A stretch of 64,000 bases of DNA from Macrostomum lignano. Its lineage: Eukaryota. The notes beneath the pieces are model-generated. The model searched no databases and was not told the DNA's origin. It was given only the letters and a program-made list of their open reading frames with translations. Of the stretch, positions 37,517-51,111 are shown in pieces (positions within the stretch are counted from its first letter, which is position 1; the number at the start of each line of letters is the position of its first letter). A program made the position numbers and the translations under genes. The stretch covers positions 62,001-126,000 of the forward strand of contig NIVC01001237.1 of NCBI GenBank assembly GCA_002269645.1, in the 5' to 3' direction.

Positions 37517-39555
37517 CCCTAATAAAAACATGTTTACATTTTATAACTCTATAGTATAGGAATAGTGGCCAAATACGTGAGTATTAAGTACTCACAGATT
37601 TTTTAAAAATGCTAAATATTAACTGTTTAATCTATTATACGTTTGTATTTAGATTTAGAAATTGTATAAATATGAAACTCTTATTTGAGATTTATATAAG
37701 ACACTACTCTCCAAATTATTTGACAGCATCATTTAACCTGGTAAAATTAAGAATTGTAGCCACTAGCAGCGGGACAGCAAATAAGAAGGATGCTTGTTTA
37801 TGTAAAAGCCCTGAAGTTCAGGATAATTTTAAACTTCAATAGACATAGAGACATAGACATAGTGTGAAAAGTTACATTTTATAAACTAGTAGAAGGTATT
37901 AAGCCTTGTACTTATAAAATGTAGAAAGTATTAAGAATGTCACTTACACTGTCTTTTTTTTTAAGTCCACGCCTAATTTTAAAAATTAACTAAATAGCAA
38001 TTCATGGAATTACAGTAAATAATTATAGTAAATAGTAGATATTCTTCTAGAATTTATTTTTGTCAAGGTAATATCAATTTAAGCAGTTTTTTAAATTATA
38101 TCATTAATCTGTCTTGATGATCTTGATAATACAATTTTAAACTAAATTGCTTTGTAGCTTGAATATAGCAAGGTTCTTTTATCCTCTATGTTTTTATAAT
38201 TTTTGTTAAAGTATTTAATGCTGTAAGTGAAAAAGAGGCTGTTTTTAATAGTAAAATATATTGTTTATTATTAGTCTTTGAAAAAAAGCCCTAAAATGCA
38301 TGTTTTTTTCGATATAATGAATGCAGAAGTTATTAGGACATTTTCTGCTTTGTGCTTTATTTTGTTTGATAAGCCATTAACAGTTATATTAGGAATAGGC
38401 CTCCCCATTCACTTTGATAAAAAAGTTGTGGAATCTTTACTATTTTAGTAAATACAAGGGCTGTCAAAAAAGTAGTGTTACTTTTCACTATATCTCTTGT
38501 TCTGCTAATCCAAATGACATCATTTTGTACAGATTTATAGTGGCCACTCTTTTCTTTATGTTAACTTTAACACCATTAAAAACAGACAATGGAAACAAAA
38601 GTTATAAACTAAAATATAGTAGGACCTTGACAATAGACTTATAGTAATTCAACAATTTATTGGAAAGTAGCAAAAGTACTTTTGATAGAATGCACCCAGA
38701 CTTTTGTTAGGCTGCTGTGATAAAGGGATATCTATGGAAAAACTTAGAGAAGCACATGGCTTTTAAATCAATAAAATATTTCAAACTGGGCTTCAACTAC
38801 TTGTATATTGCTGTTTATTCCCTCTTTTTGCTACACTAAAATTCCTGGATGTGCATTCAAGTGCTGCTCAAAGGAGTGTGATATACACCCTTTGGGGGAC
38901 AAGATAAAAGTTCAGCCACAATTTATGCTCAACTTTCATCGGCTCATGGGTCTTAGCAGTCAATTACCACAGCCTTTTGCAGCATTCATTGTGGCTAGTT
39001 ACCTGTTTTTCAGCTACCACTTCAAAATTTAATTATAATATTATTAGTTTTATAAAAATATTAGTGCTAGTATTTAGTATTAGACTATCAGTAAAGCTTT
39101 AATTAATATGTAAGCTTCAATGAATTTTTTTCAATATATTGTATTAATGGACTCAAAGGTCATAAAAAATAGTATTAACATTTTTGCATAAGCTGTTATC
39201 TTTAAATAGCTTTTTTGAGGTAGCCATACTAGTAGTTATTGGCTTTAAATTATCTAGTTAACACAAAAAATTGATAAGTCTATTTTTCAGAAAATTGTTA
39301 TTATAATGCTATTACATGTATTTCAGAATTCTTTACTGGTACCATTCAATACAATTATTATGTTATGTAAAAATGTTATATTTTATGTTGACATTACTAT
39401 TGCACCTATAATAAAAAAGCACTATTTGTACTCAATGGTATATGCTTCAATTAAATCAAACTATTTCATGAATGTAGATTTACTTTTGTCATCAGACATT
39501 TTTGCTTTTAATTATGATTTTTAGGAAAAAAAATTTTAGAGTTAAAAAGCACATA

Positions 39556-40245
39556 GCTTGGGATTGACTGTCTCTAGGATCGGGATTTACTGTCTCTAGG
39601 ATCGGGATTGGCTGTCTTTGGTATCGAGATTGGCTGTCTTTGGGATCGGGATTGGCTGTCTTGAGATCGGGATGGACTGTCTCTATGATCGGGATTGGCT
39701 GTCTTGAGATCGGGATTGACTGTCTCTAGGATCGGGATTGGCTGTCTTGAGATCGGGATTAACTGTCTCTAGGATCGGGATTGGCTGTCTTTGGTATCGA
39801 GATTGGCTGTCTTTGGGATCAGGATTGGCTGTCTTGAGATCGGGATGGACTGTCTCTATGATCGGGATTGGCTGTCTTGAGATCGGGATTGACTGTCTCT
39901 ATGATCGGGATTGGCTGTCTTTGGTATCGAGATTGGCTGTCTTGGGATCGGGATTGACTGTCTCTAGGATCGGGATTGGCTGTCTTTGGTATCGAGATTG
40001 GCTGTCTTTGGTATCGGGATTGGCTGTCTTTGGTATCGAGATTGGCTGTCTTGGGATCGGGATTGACTTCTCTAGGATCGGGAGTGGCTGTCTCTAGGAT
40101 CGGGATTGGCTGTCTTTGGTATCGGGATTGGCTGTCTTTGGTATCGAGATTGGCTGTCTTGGGATCGGGATTGACTGTCTCTAGGATCGGGATTGGCTGT
40201 CTCTAGGATCGGGATTGGCTGTCTTTGGGATCGGGATTGACATTC
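39556..40245. repeat. 20-22-bp minisatellite just 3' of the SLC22 stop
   Basis: Unit about GATCGGGATTGGCTGTCT(TTG/CTA)G. Confidence 0.94.
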
Positions 40246-40327
40246 TAGATTAAGATACGAAAATCTGAAGTTCAGAGTGGATCCCATCAGCTTTAATCCT
40301 TCCAAGTTATCAGAAGAAACCGCTATA

Positions 40328-43118
40328 CTATGCAATCGTCATCTCCTCCATTGGCTTTTGCTTTATAATGCGCTGACTGTTAACAGCCTCCATGTCGTCG
40401 TCGTCAAGCAGACTCTGCGCTCGTTCCCTGCTGAACGTTTCAATTGCCCATTGTCGTTCCCGGCCACGGACAAGCCCCTCGGAGCTCGGCACAGTCTCCG
40501 GCAGCGGTAGGCCTTTTGTCTCTGGCAGGAGTAGCAACGACAAAGCGCTCACTATGCTAGTTATGCCGAATATTAATCCAGGAAGGAATGTGGCAACGTC
40601 CGATAGAGTATTAATAACCGGAGCCACTATATTGCTCAGCATAGCCAAGGTGGTCGCCAAAAACAGGCCATTGTTGCGCACCGATGTTGGAAATATTTCG
40701 GCGGCCCATACGTCGGCGATGCAATAGCCAGTTGTAAGAAGGCATTTGCCTGGTTTTAAAATTGAAAATTGCGATGGCGAATTAGTTCGAATATCTGACA
40801 GGGTAATCATTTTTAAGGCTATTAAAAATAATTAGTTTTAAGAGGTTGAGACCAATCAGTAGTCACCATTGATTCGAAGCGTGCTGCGCTCGTATGCCGG
40901 CTCTTCAAAGTTTTCTACATATGAAACTTTCGCTTCCTAAATATTTCGTCTCCATGCCGTCACGTACTTTCGATCGTACTTGCATGAATTAAACATAATA
41001 ATTGTTCAACAGTTCAAGGATTACTAAAAAGGTTCTACTTTGGTTAAGACCACAGATAATAAAATAGCTAGATGGGCCACTCAGGCATATATACTCGTAG
41101 TTAGTAAAATAGCTTTCTACTTTCAGTTCAGTAGCAATGAAGAATGCATAAGCTATTTTATAAAAATAAAGAAATGACTGGAATGATTTAGGCTGGAATT
41201 CCAAGGCAAAAAAGAAAGGGGGGTTGTGTGGAAAGGCACCGTTGAAGTGTTTAAGCTGAGGGGTAAGAGCCGATAAATGAGCCTTGGCTTTAGAAATACA
41301 TTAAAATGCTTCTGTGTAACTTACTACTGATTTGAATTTTGAAAGTAGTTTGCACGCAAATGTGCTGAGTGGCCCATCTAGTTATTCTAGTTCTGTGGTT
41401 CAGACGGACGGAAGACGAAAAGAAAATTGAGACTAATCACCTTGTAGTAGACTATTATCTAACAGATTTTAGGCGAGCACGGAGAAAAAAGGTTGACAAA
41501 GTACATGCTGCAAAGTGCACTTTAAAGTTCATTTCGTTTGTCGAATCCAGGCCTCGTAGAGTTTTCATCCCCAACACTCGAGTATCTGAAGTTGCCCCTA
41601 ACATCGAAATAACTCACCAACCATAGCCACGACCGCTTTAACAATATTATAAACGCCTCCAGTCGGCACTATTGGTACAGCAATCAGACAGAAGCCGCTT
41701 AGCACCGTGATAATAACTGTGGTGTACTTTCTACCATATCGATCGCTGCCAAGCCAGCCAATAAATGAGCTTGGTATTTCTACGGCGCCATTGAGCAGCA
41801 CGTTGAGCACTATGTTGGTTGTGATGAAGGTCGTATCGGTAGACAAACCAAAGTAGCACATGGCAAACATTGCCAGATTGGAGAAGATAACAATGGACTT
41901 CATTCGCATCTCGGGGTAGGTTACGAGGTCCAGGATGTTTCCTGTTGGTTCTTCCTCCACATCTAGGGCCTGATAGTCGGATTGGTGATTAGTTGTCGAT
42001 CAATATCCAAATCTAGACCTGAAAGAAATACTATAGAGAAGTGAAAACTCACCTTGACTTTGGACACCTTGTGCTCCCACTTGATTCCGTTCCACTTGGC
42101 GATGCGCTTCAATACGTCGACAGCCTCTTCGACGCGACCCTTCAGCACCAACCATCTGGGTGATTCTGGCACAACTATGAAGATAACTATGTAGTTAAGG
42201 CAGAATACAGTTGAAAATAGTTGAATCTTGTCCCACTCCTTGAAGATGTACACCACCACTCCGCTGAACATGTAGCCTACACACCAGAATAGCCAGTAAA
42301 GGTTACCCAACACGGCTCGATGTTTCTCTTCTGTCATCTCCTCCATGATAAGTAGGCCTTGATAATAGACGGCGGCTGGAAAGCCTTAAATCAATGGGTT
42401 GGTGGGAATTTTCTGACATGGTGCCTGAGCGTTGTAGATGAGTTGGATTACATTTCAGAAGTTGCTCATTGACAGGTCAGAAAAGATAGCAACTGTGTGC
42501 TCTGTGTTAAGTTAGGGTGAGAGCTACATAGCTTATTCAAGGAAACGACGAGAATGTAAATCTTGAAAGTTGATCGCTACAAGAGTAGAACTCACCCTTT
42601 AGAAAGCGTGCAAATATCTGCGTCTCCGCTGTTGGCATAAAGGCTGGCAAAATTGTGGTTATCAAGTCTGTCACGCCGCACACGATCAAAATCTTCTTTC
42701 GGCCAATCTTGTCACCAAGCGTGCCAAACAGCATGCCGAGAGCGCAGCCGAGAAAGAACACCGACATCATGCCTGTGGCGTAGTGCTTCCTGTCGCAGAC
42801 TAAATCGTACTCCTCTACCATCGATTTGCTGATTACATCGCCGTGTTGGTAGTCAAATTTAGTGCAAGTCTCGTTAATCAGCGTGAAGTTGGTGTCGTCT
42901 CCAACCAATCTTGATATGCTGCAGTGCTCGCTATAGTTTTGCGCCACATAATCGGAGCTATTTTGCTGGGCGCATCGAAACTTCGATTCGTGCAGAGTTA
43001 GCACCATCAGCTCTAGGTCCAGTACCGCTTTGAAGGAGGTAAACGACAATGCTAGAAATATTGCTTTCTGTACACGGCCGAAGCCGCCTATTTCTTTTAG
43101 GACGCTCTCGTATTCCAT
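40328..43118 (-). CDS. SLC22 / organic cation transporter-like MFS protein, 4 exons, about 542 aa
   Basis: Exons 43118-42596, 42384-42053, 41969-41618, 40749-40328 (1629 nt, in frame). Motifs: LKEIGGFGRVQK, YDLVCDR, GDKIGRKK, VPESPRWLVLKGR, SDRYGRK, AEIFPTSVRN, LLPETKGLPLPET. Confidence 0.93.
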
Positions 43119-43708
43119 ACCCGCTTGTTCAAACGGATGAAACTGCAGGCACTCAGTCTGCTTGTAGGATTCTCTTGGCCTCTTCTAAGTGGCTCGTTCT
43201 AGTTTTGCATTTCTAGGCCAGCTCTCCGAACTTTGAGTTGTATTTATTATCTGCTCTCAGCGACCACTAGCGTGCGCGAGTCCAGTTCTTTTTCAAGACT
43301 CGATTGGACTGGCCTGGTTGTTGACAGAAACCTGTGAACGACACCTGCTGGTGTGTACAATAAAGTAAATGTTGATCACGCCAGATAAGAATTCTACTAG
43401 CTAGTTAAATTTTGGCCACAATGCGCTTTGCTGATTAATTCGACAAATTCAACCGTTACCATAGTGTGCTAGTGAAGTTTCTCTCCTCAGTTCGCCCTAA
43501 AGTATTGTCTCACTCATCTCTGTAGTTGAGTTTGAGCATTGTATTTGATCTTATCTAACTAGCTAACTTAAGCCTTTTATCTTGATTATCCACCACATGT
43601 ATATTGAGAGTAGCGACATTAGTAAGTTGTGTTCCTCTACCAACTTGGATACGGCAAGATACTTTTTAAAGTATTTCTATTTCCACTGCTTTCTCTGGGT
43701 CGGTTTTT

Positions 43709-43742
<34 letters not shown>

Positions 43743-44456
43743 GGAAAAAGTAGCAGCTGTCTAACGACAAGGTGCTCTCTTACTTGCTTGCTCATATATA
43801 TATAATCCAGATAGTAGAAGTTGCTACCCAGTAATAAATTAATAAAAAAATCTCATTTTCGTATTGTGGCCTTGGAATGTACGTGTATGTTTATAGAAAA
43901 ATTCACCTCGGCTTATCTACGAGTATACGTCATATTGCCGAGTTGTCAGTCATATTTGATCTGGAAAAATGCAATCTCACTCTTAGAGTCTAAGGTCAAT
44001 GCATAAAATATCTGTATTACATAAAACAGCCAAGTTTATTCTGTTTTTATTCGAAAGCTTAATTTCTGTCCGTAGATTATTTTAACTATTGAAGTGTTTT
44101 AGATTGGAAACAAAAAGTCTCCAGTCCACGATATGTATGTTCACAAGTCCATATACAGACACTTCAAAAATCCATTTGTACTTCAATAGTCTAATGTGTA
44201 CTCGGAAGTCTATATATTTGTACTTAACACAAACAAGTATCCTGTGTACTTTTCTATGAGTTCACAATATATCATTCTTTAAGTGTTGCCAAGTCCTAGT
44301 TTTATATCCCTAACCCCAATGCATGAGTTGAGTTCTCATACAGCGGTTGAAGAGCCATACTGAGCCGTGTAAATACACAAACATAGATATGGCTCTATCT
44401 GTGCAGCTTTTAAATTGTCAAAGAACTGTAGATTAAAACAGCAAGCACAATCAATC

Positions 44457-46260
44457 ATGTGCCTACCACAGTGGAGGCGATGGATCCGACCGCTTGTGTT
44501 CACGCTGTACATTGGCTTGGTGCTCACTGCACTGCCGCTCTGCGTTATTGAATTGAATAAAAAGGGCTCACCAGCTAGTGTCAAGGCCTGGTTCATAGCC
44601 GGCTTGTTCGTAATGGTCACCTTGCCAGTGTCTCTATGGGCAATACTCGCGCACCTCATCAACTACACTAATCCTGGCTTGCAGCGCTACATAATCAGAA
44701 TATTATGGATGGTGCCGATTTATTCTTTAAACGCTTGGTTTGCTTTGAGATTCCCGAAACAGTCAATCTATCTGGACACAATGAGAGAGTGCTACGAGGC
44801 TTATGTTATACACAATTTCATGATGTACTTGTTGTGCTACCTGCGATCCAGCTATCCGGATTTGGAGTTCATGCTCGAGCAGAGAGATCCCGTTAAGCAC
44901 CTGTTCCCTATCTGTTGTATGCCTCCCTGGCCTATGGGACGGTGAGAGCAGATGAGAAGCTTTGTGTTTGAATTTTTGTATTTAAGTATATGAGAACTGT
45001 GCTCAATCTCCCCATGAGAATCGGCCTCAGTCTCCCTATGAGATTCGGCCTCAATCTCCTTATGAGAATCGGCCTCAATCTCTCTATGAGAATCAGCCTC
45101 AATCTCCCTATGAGAATCGGCCTCAGTCTCCCTATGAGAATCAGCCTCAATCTCCCTATGAGAATCGCCCTCTATCTCCCTATGAGAATCAGCCGCAGTC
45201 TCCTTATGATAATCAGCCTCAATCTCCTTATGAGAATCGGCCTCAATCTCCCTTCGAGAATCAGCCTCAATCTCCCTATGAGAATCAGCCTCAATCTCCC
45301 TATGAGAATCGGCCTCAGTCTCCCTATGAGAATCAGCCTCAATCTCCCTATGAGAATCGGCCTCAGTCTCCCTATGAGAATCGGCCTCAGTCTCCCTATG
45401 AGAATCAGCCTCAATCTCCCTATGAGAATCGGCCTCAATCTCCCTATGAGAATCAGCCTCAATCTCCCTATGAGAATCGCCCTCAGTCTCCCTATGAGAA
45501 TCGACCTCAATCTCCCTATGAGAATCAGCCTCAATCTCCCTATGAGAATCGCCCTCTATCTCCCTATGAGAATCGACCTCAATCTCCCTATGAGAATCGG
45601 CCTCAATCTCCCTATGAGAATCGACCTCAATCTCCCTGTGAGAATTCTGCTCAATCTCCCTATGAGAATCAGCCTCAGTCTATCTATGAGAATCGCCCTC
45701 AGTCTCCCTATAAAAATCTCCCCCCATTTCCCTATGAGAATTGCCCTAAATCTATAAAAACCTATTGTAGTATTTAAATCGAAGTCAAATCTATGCCGGT
45801 ATATTTTAGTAAAATGGACTGCAAGCATGTTGAGAATTGGCATTATTACAGACTGTAAGATCGAATGTATGTTTCTAAATAGTTAGAAGTTTCGTTAAAA
45901 CTAAAAGTTAAAATCTGCCTTTTTAAATCTGTTTTATCAGTTGTATTCTTTGCATGGTTTAGCTTATGCAAGTTACAAATTTAATTTTTTATCTGCGTTT
46001 TCATTGAAACATTTAAAACTATAATTTTGCAGGCCATTTTTAGACAGATGCAAGCATGGTGTTCTGCAGTATTCTGTCATACGGCCCATCACTACAGTGA
46101 TCACTTTGTGAGTAGTGTATTTTTTATAAAATTTTTCGTTACAGACTTACGGACAGATCTTGGTGGATACCTATTCAAATTAGTGTAAAAGTGCGTTTTG
46201 ATTTATTAATATTTTAGTTCTTTGTACTTTATGGTCCTTTGAATCTTCAAATAGTCTGAA

Positions 46261-46293
<33 letters not shown>

Positions 46294-46296
46294 CTG

Positions 46297-46383
<87 letters not shown>

Positions 46384-46413
46384 TACACAGACACACACAC
46401 AGACAGACACACA

Positions 46414-46453
<40 letters not shown>

Positions 46454-47948
46454 GACACACACGCACAGTCAGCCTAACCCTATTATTCCCGCACTGCCTT
46501 CCATTCACAACACTTCAGAATATGCGAATTACTCGGCGTCTATGGCGAAGGCGACTTTTTGAGGTTCGACTCGGCGTTTCCTTATATTCTGTTTGTGAAC
46601 AACATGTCCCAAGTAGTAAGTTGTGCTTTTTGAAACTGGCTTATATTTTTTCTTAATTAATCTATAATTTTGTAGAAGTTTACATTTAATGAAAAATAAA
46701 TATTTAAATGATTCCAAGCCAAATCCCAGCTCTGGTAAGGGACACAAATGATCCCAAATCCCAGCTCTAGTAAAGGACACAAATGATCCCAAATCCCAGC
46801 TCTGTGATAGGACACAAACGATCCCAAATCCCAGCTCTGTGATAAAACACAAACGATCCCAAATCCCAACTCTGTAATAGGACACAAATGATCCCAAATC
46901 CCAACTCTGTGATAGGACACAAATGATCCCAAATCCCAGCTCTGTGATAGGACACAAATGATCCCAAATCCCAACTCTGTGATAGGACACAAATGATCCC
47001 AAATCCCAACTCTGTGATAGGACACAAATGATCCCAAATCCCAGCTCTGTGATAGGACACAAATGATCCCAAATCCCAGCTCTGTGATAGGACACAAATG
47101 ATCCCAAATCCCAACTCTGTGATAGGACACAAATGATCCCAAATCCCAGCTCTGTGATAGGACACAAATGATCCCAAATCCCAACTCTGTGAAAGGACAC
47201 AAATGATCCCAAATCTGGGATCCCAACTTGGGATAAATATCCCCTAACGCTTCCTCTAACCTTCTGCGCACCGCAGTGGGCTATGTACTGTCTAATCCTA
47301 TTCTACAAGTGCTGCCGTCGGGAGCTCAGCCCGATGCGACCAGTTTCCAAATTCCTGTGCGTGAAATTCGTGGTGTTCCTGTCATTCTGGCAGTCCATCG
47401 CCATCGCCATTCTGGCCGCCTCAGGCGTGATCGGCCGAGTGGAAGCCTGGAAACTTGAAGATCCAAAATCTGTGGCCAGAGCCTTGCAAGATTTCGCCAT
47501 CTGCGTGGAGATGTTCCTAGCGGCATTGGCGCATTATTTTTCATTCTCGCACAAACCGTATGTTGATCCTGGCGCTCCTAGTCAGAACTGCTGCAGATCA
47601 TTCCTGAGCATGTGGGACGTGTCCGATGTTGGGCAGGACTTTGTTGAGCACATTAATCATGTGTCTAATAGTGTGAGATCCACCTTGCCAAGCCGACGAA
47701 GTGGCGCCAGCGGCGGCGGCGATGGAGCGTCGCCAAGGAGGTCGGAACGGCGACCTCTGCTAGAAGCTGCTGGCGAAGACTTTGAGCCGGCAGGTGGCGC
47801 CTCCTCTGGCGCCTCATCAGCTGAGGCTGGCATGCTTGCGGCAGTGCCAATTGATCCCTGCGTTGAAGCTGCTGAAGCCGACTTTGATGCAGAGGCAGGC
47901 TCAGATGCTGGGACACACAGAGGAGGGAAATGGGTGGTTAATGCCTGA
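44457..47948 (+). CDS. TMEM184C: TMEM184C-like (organic solute transporter alpha family), 4 exons, about 442 aa
   Basis: Exons 44457-44941, 46033-46107, 46519-46615, 47277-47948 (1329 nt, in frame). Motifs: [75 protein letters not shown]. Confidence 0.92.
44995..45745. repeat. 24-bp minisatellite in TMEM184C intron 1
   Basis: Unit AATCTCCCTATGAGAATC(G/A)GCCTC. Confidence 0.96.
46260..46460. repeat. (GACA)n plus (CA)n microsatellite in TMEM184C intron 2
   Basis: Direct inspection. Confidence 0.95.
46715..47215. repeat. 35-bp minisatellite in TMEM184C intron 3
   Basis: Unit GACACAAATGATCCCAAATCCCA(G/A)CTCTGTGATAG. Confidence 0.96.
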
Positions 47949-48034
47949 CTCATCGGCTGTTTCTTTGTGCTAAATATTGTCCAAGTCTTTAAATGCAGTA
48001 TTTGCTTTTTAACTTTGCTTTTAGCTTTGTCTGG

Positions 48035-48790
48035 GGTCTGCAGTGAGATTCTAGAGCCTGCAGTGAGATTCTAGGGCCTGCAGTGAGATTCTAGGGTCTG
48101 CAGTGAGATTCTAGGGTCTGCAGTGAGATTCTAGGGTCTGCAGTAAGATTCTAGGGTCTGCGGTGAGATTCTAGGGTCTGCGGTGAGATTCTAGGGCCTG
48201 CAGTGAGATTCTAGGGTCTGCAGTGAGATTCTAGGGTCTGCAGTGAGATTCTAGTGTCCCTCAAAGTTAAGGGTAAGAGTCTAGTGTCCCTCAAGTAAGG
48301 ACAGATTCTAATGTCTCTCTCAAGTAAGGGATGAGATTCTAGCGTCTCTCTCTCTGAAGTCAGAGGTGAGATTCTAGTGTCTCTCTCTCTGAAGTCAGAG
48401 GTGAGATTCTAGTGTCCCTCTGAAGTAAGGGGTGAGATTCTAGTGTCTCTCTAAAGTAAGGGGTGATATTCTAGTGTCTCTCTAAAGTAAGGGGTGAGAT
48501 TCTAGTGTCTCTCTAAAGTAAGGGGTGAGATTCTAGTGTCTCTCTAAAGTAAGGGGTGAGATTCTAGTGTCTCTCTAAAGTAAGGGGTGATATTCTAGTG
48601 TCTCTCTCAAGTAAGGGGTGATATTCTAGTGTCTCTCTCAAGTAAGGGGTGATATTCTAGTGTCTCTTTCAAGTAAGGGGTGATATTCTAGTGTCTCTCT
48701 GAAGTAAGGGGTGATATTCTAGTGTCTCTCTCAAGTAAGGGGTGATATTCTAGTGTCTCTCAAAGTTAGGGTGGGATTCTGGTGTCTCTG
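48035..48790. repeat. 20-bp then about 32-bp minisatellite just 3' of the TMEM184C stop
   Basis: CTGCAGTGAGATTCTAGGGT switching to AAGTAAGGGGTGA(G/T)ATTCTAGTGTCTCTCT. Confidence 0.94.
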
Positions 48791-49359
48791 TGGAATGACT
48801 GAAAAAAGTTAATCAAAGGCTTTTACTTCCTATCTCATAGAATTGGTTCATTTTCGTGCATTGCTTATTTCATTCGTTTAGGTTAAATTCTGTGTGTGAA
48901 TGAATATTTTGAAGCGTTATTGCACAATTGTAAATAGATGAAGTTTAAGTTTTCTATGTTTTTTTCACTTGACTAAAAAACTGTACGAACTGTTTTATGT
49001 AACAATTTTAATGCTAGGTTGCAGAAGCCTCTTTGTTTGCATATAAAACTTTAACACCAATGCTTTATTGGAGTTGAATGTAGCAACTTCTTTTAAGTTG
49101 AATGTTAAAGAGAATCTCCTTTATCTGTATCCGTATTCAGAATGTTGGTTTCATAAGAAAATAGTAGCATGAGAGAAAACTGTAGCAATGGAAACCTTTG
49201 TGAGAGCTCGAACTCGGGACCTCATGTTATCTTCATTTCTCTTCTGTTCATTTGCTTTAGATTATGGATAATAGTTTTATGTTGAGTAGAGACAATGAGA
49301 AGTTGGGTAGAGAGAAGAGTAGGTTGATAGAAGGGTATAGACTATGGTAGGTTTGATAG

Positions 49360-49885
49360 AGAATGTAGTAGGTTGGGTAGAGACAATGGTAGGTTGGGTA
49401 CAGACAATGGAGTAGGTTAGGTAGAGACAATGGAGTAGGTTGGGTAGAGACAGTGGTAGAGTGGGTAGAGACAGTGGTAGAGTGGATAGAGACAGTGGTA
49501 GAGTAGATAGAGACAGTGGTAGAGTGGGTAGAGACAGTGGTAGAGTGGGTAGAGACAGTGGTAGAGTGGGTAGAGACAGTGGTAGAGTAGATAGAGACAG
49601 TGGTAGAGTGGGTAGAGACAGTGGTAGAGTGGGTAGAGACAGTGGTAGAGTGGGTAGAGACAGTGGTAGAGTGGGTAGAGACAGTGGTAGAGTGGATAGA
49701 GACAGTGGTAGAGTGGATAGAGACAGTGGTAGAGTGGGTAGAGACAGTGGTAGAGTGGATAGAGACAGTGGTAGAGTGGATAGAGACAGTGGTAGAGTGG
49801 GTAGAGACAGTGGTAGAGTGGGTAGAGACAGTGGTAGAGTGGGTAGAGACAGTGGTAGATTGGATAGAGACAGTGGTAGAGTGGG
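49360..49885. repeat. 21-bp minisatellite
   Basis: Unit GTAGAGACAGTGGTAGAGTGG. Confidence 0.96.
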
Positions 49886-50419
49886 TGAATGAAAAGGTAG
49901 CTTGGGCGGAGCAAAAGGATGCTGTGTAGCCTCTGTGCAGAGACAGTGTCTGCTGAGTCAGCAGAAAAATGTACATGCAAAGTAGAACCAGTGTTTTTAA
50001 TAATACATAACATACAGACATAAATGCATAACCTTGGCAATTTTGATTTATTTCTATGCCAAAACGTTATCCAAGTCGCTATCACTTAAAAATATATGTT
50101 TGACTATTGCGTTCTTTTGTTTAAACTATTGTTTAAAATAAATTTTGTTTAATAATTACATTAAATTGAAAGTGCTTCTTGAAATTTTACATGAAGTTTA
50201 ATTTTGTCATTCCATTACTACAATTTTCTAATGCACAATCGTTGTTATTGCGTTAAACTTGCCTGCACACACAGAAATTTAGTACCCGGATGTTTCTTGG
50301 AAAGGAATAAATAAATTTATTTTTGTTACAATACTGAATGGTTTGTTTCTTTTCTAGAGATAAGCGTCTTTTTTCGTCGACTTTGATAATTTTTATGTTG
50401 AATTTTTAGGGTTTGGTCA

Positions 50420-51036
50420 CCCCTGAATGTCCTGAAGTTTTTAAGGTTTTAGACACCACTGAATGTCCTGAAGTTTTTAAGGTTTTAGACACCACTGAAT
50501 GTCCTGAAGTTCTTAGGGTTTAGACACCCCTGAATGTCCTGAAGTTTTTAAGGTTTTAGACACCCCTGAATGTCCTGAAGTTCTTAGGGTTTAGACACCC
50601 CCGAATGTCCTGAAGTTCTTAGGGTTTAGACACCACTGAATGTCCTGAAGTTCTTAGGGTTTAGACACCCCTGAATGTCCTGAAGTTTTTAAGGTTTTAG
50701 ACACCCCTGAATGTCCTGAAGTTCTTAGGGTTTAGACACCACTGAATGTCCTGAAGTTCTTAGGTTTTAGACACCACTGAATGTCCTGAAGTTCTTAGGG
50801 TTTCGACCACCCTGAATGTCCTGAAGTTCTTAGGGTTTAGACACCCCTGAATGTCCTGAAGTTCTTAGGGTTTAGACACCCCTGAATGTCCTGAAGTTCT
50901 TAGGGTTTAGACACCCCTGAATGTCCTGAAGTTCTTAGGGTTTAGACACCCCTGAATGTCCTGAAGTTCTTAGGGTTTAGACACCCCTGAATGTCCTGAA
51001 GTTCTTAGGGTTTAGACACCCCTGAATGTCCTGAAG
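50420..51036. repeat. 35-bp minisatellite
   Basis: Unit CTGAAGTTCTTAGGGTTTAGACACCCCTGAATGTC. Confidence 0.96.
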
Positions 51037-51111
51037 TAAATACCTTAAAGTCATTTTAAGTTATATAATATTTCTCATTGCAGATTCTCAAATCAAAGCA
51101 GTCAGATCAAT

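Noticed and set aside
42019-42052. Possible 34-nt intron in SLC22
   Set aside because: Using the AG at 42019-42020 gives an immediate TAG; the acceptor at 41970 gives a continuous frame (83-nt intron).
49190-49230. B-box-like GAGTTCGAGC on the minus strand
   Set aside because: No A-box or cloverleaf; not a tRNA.
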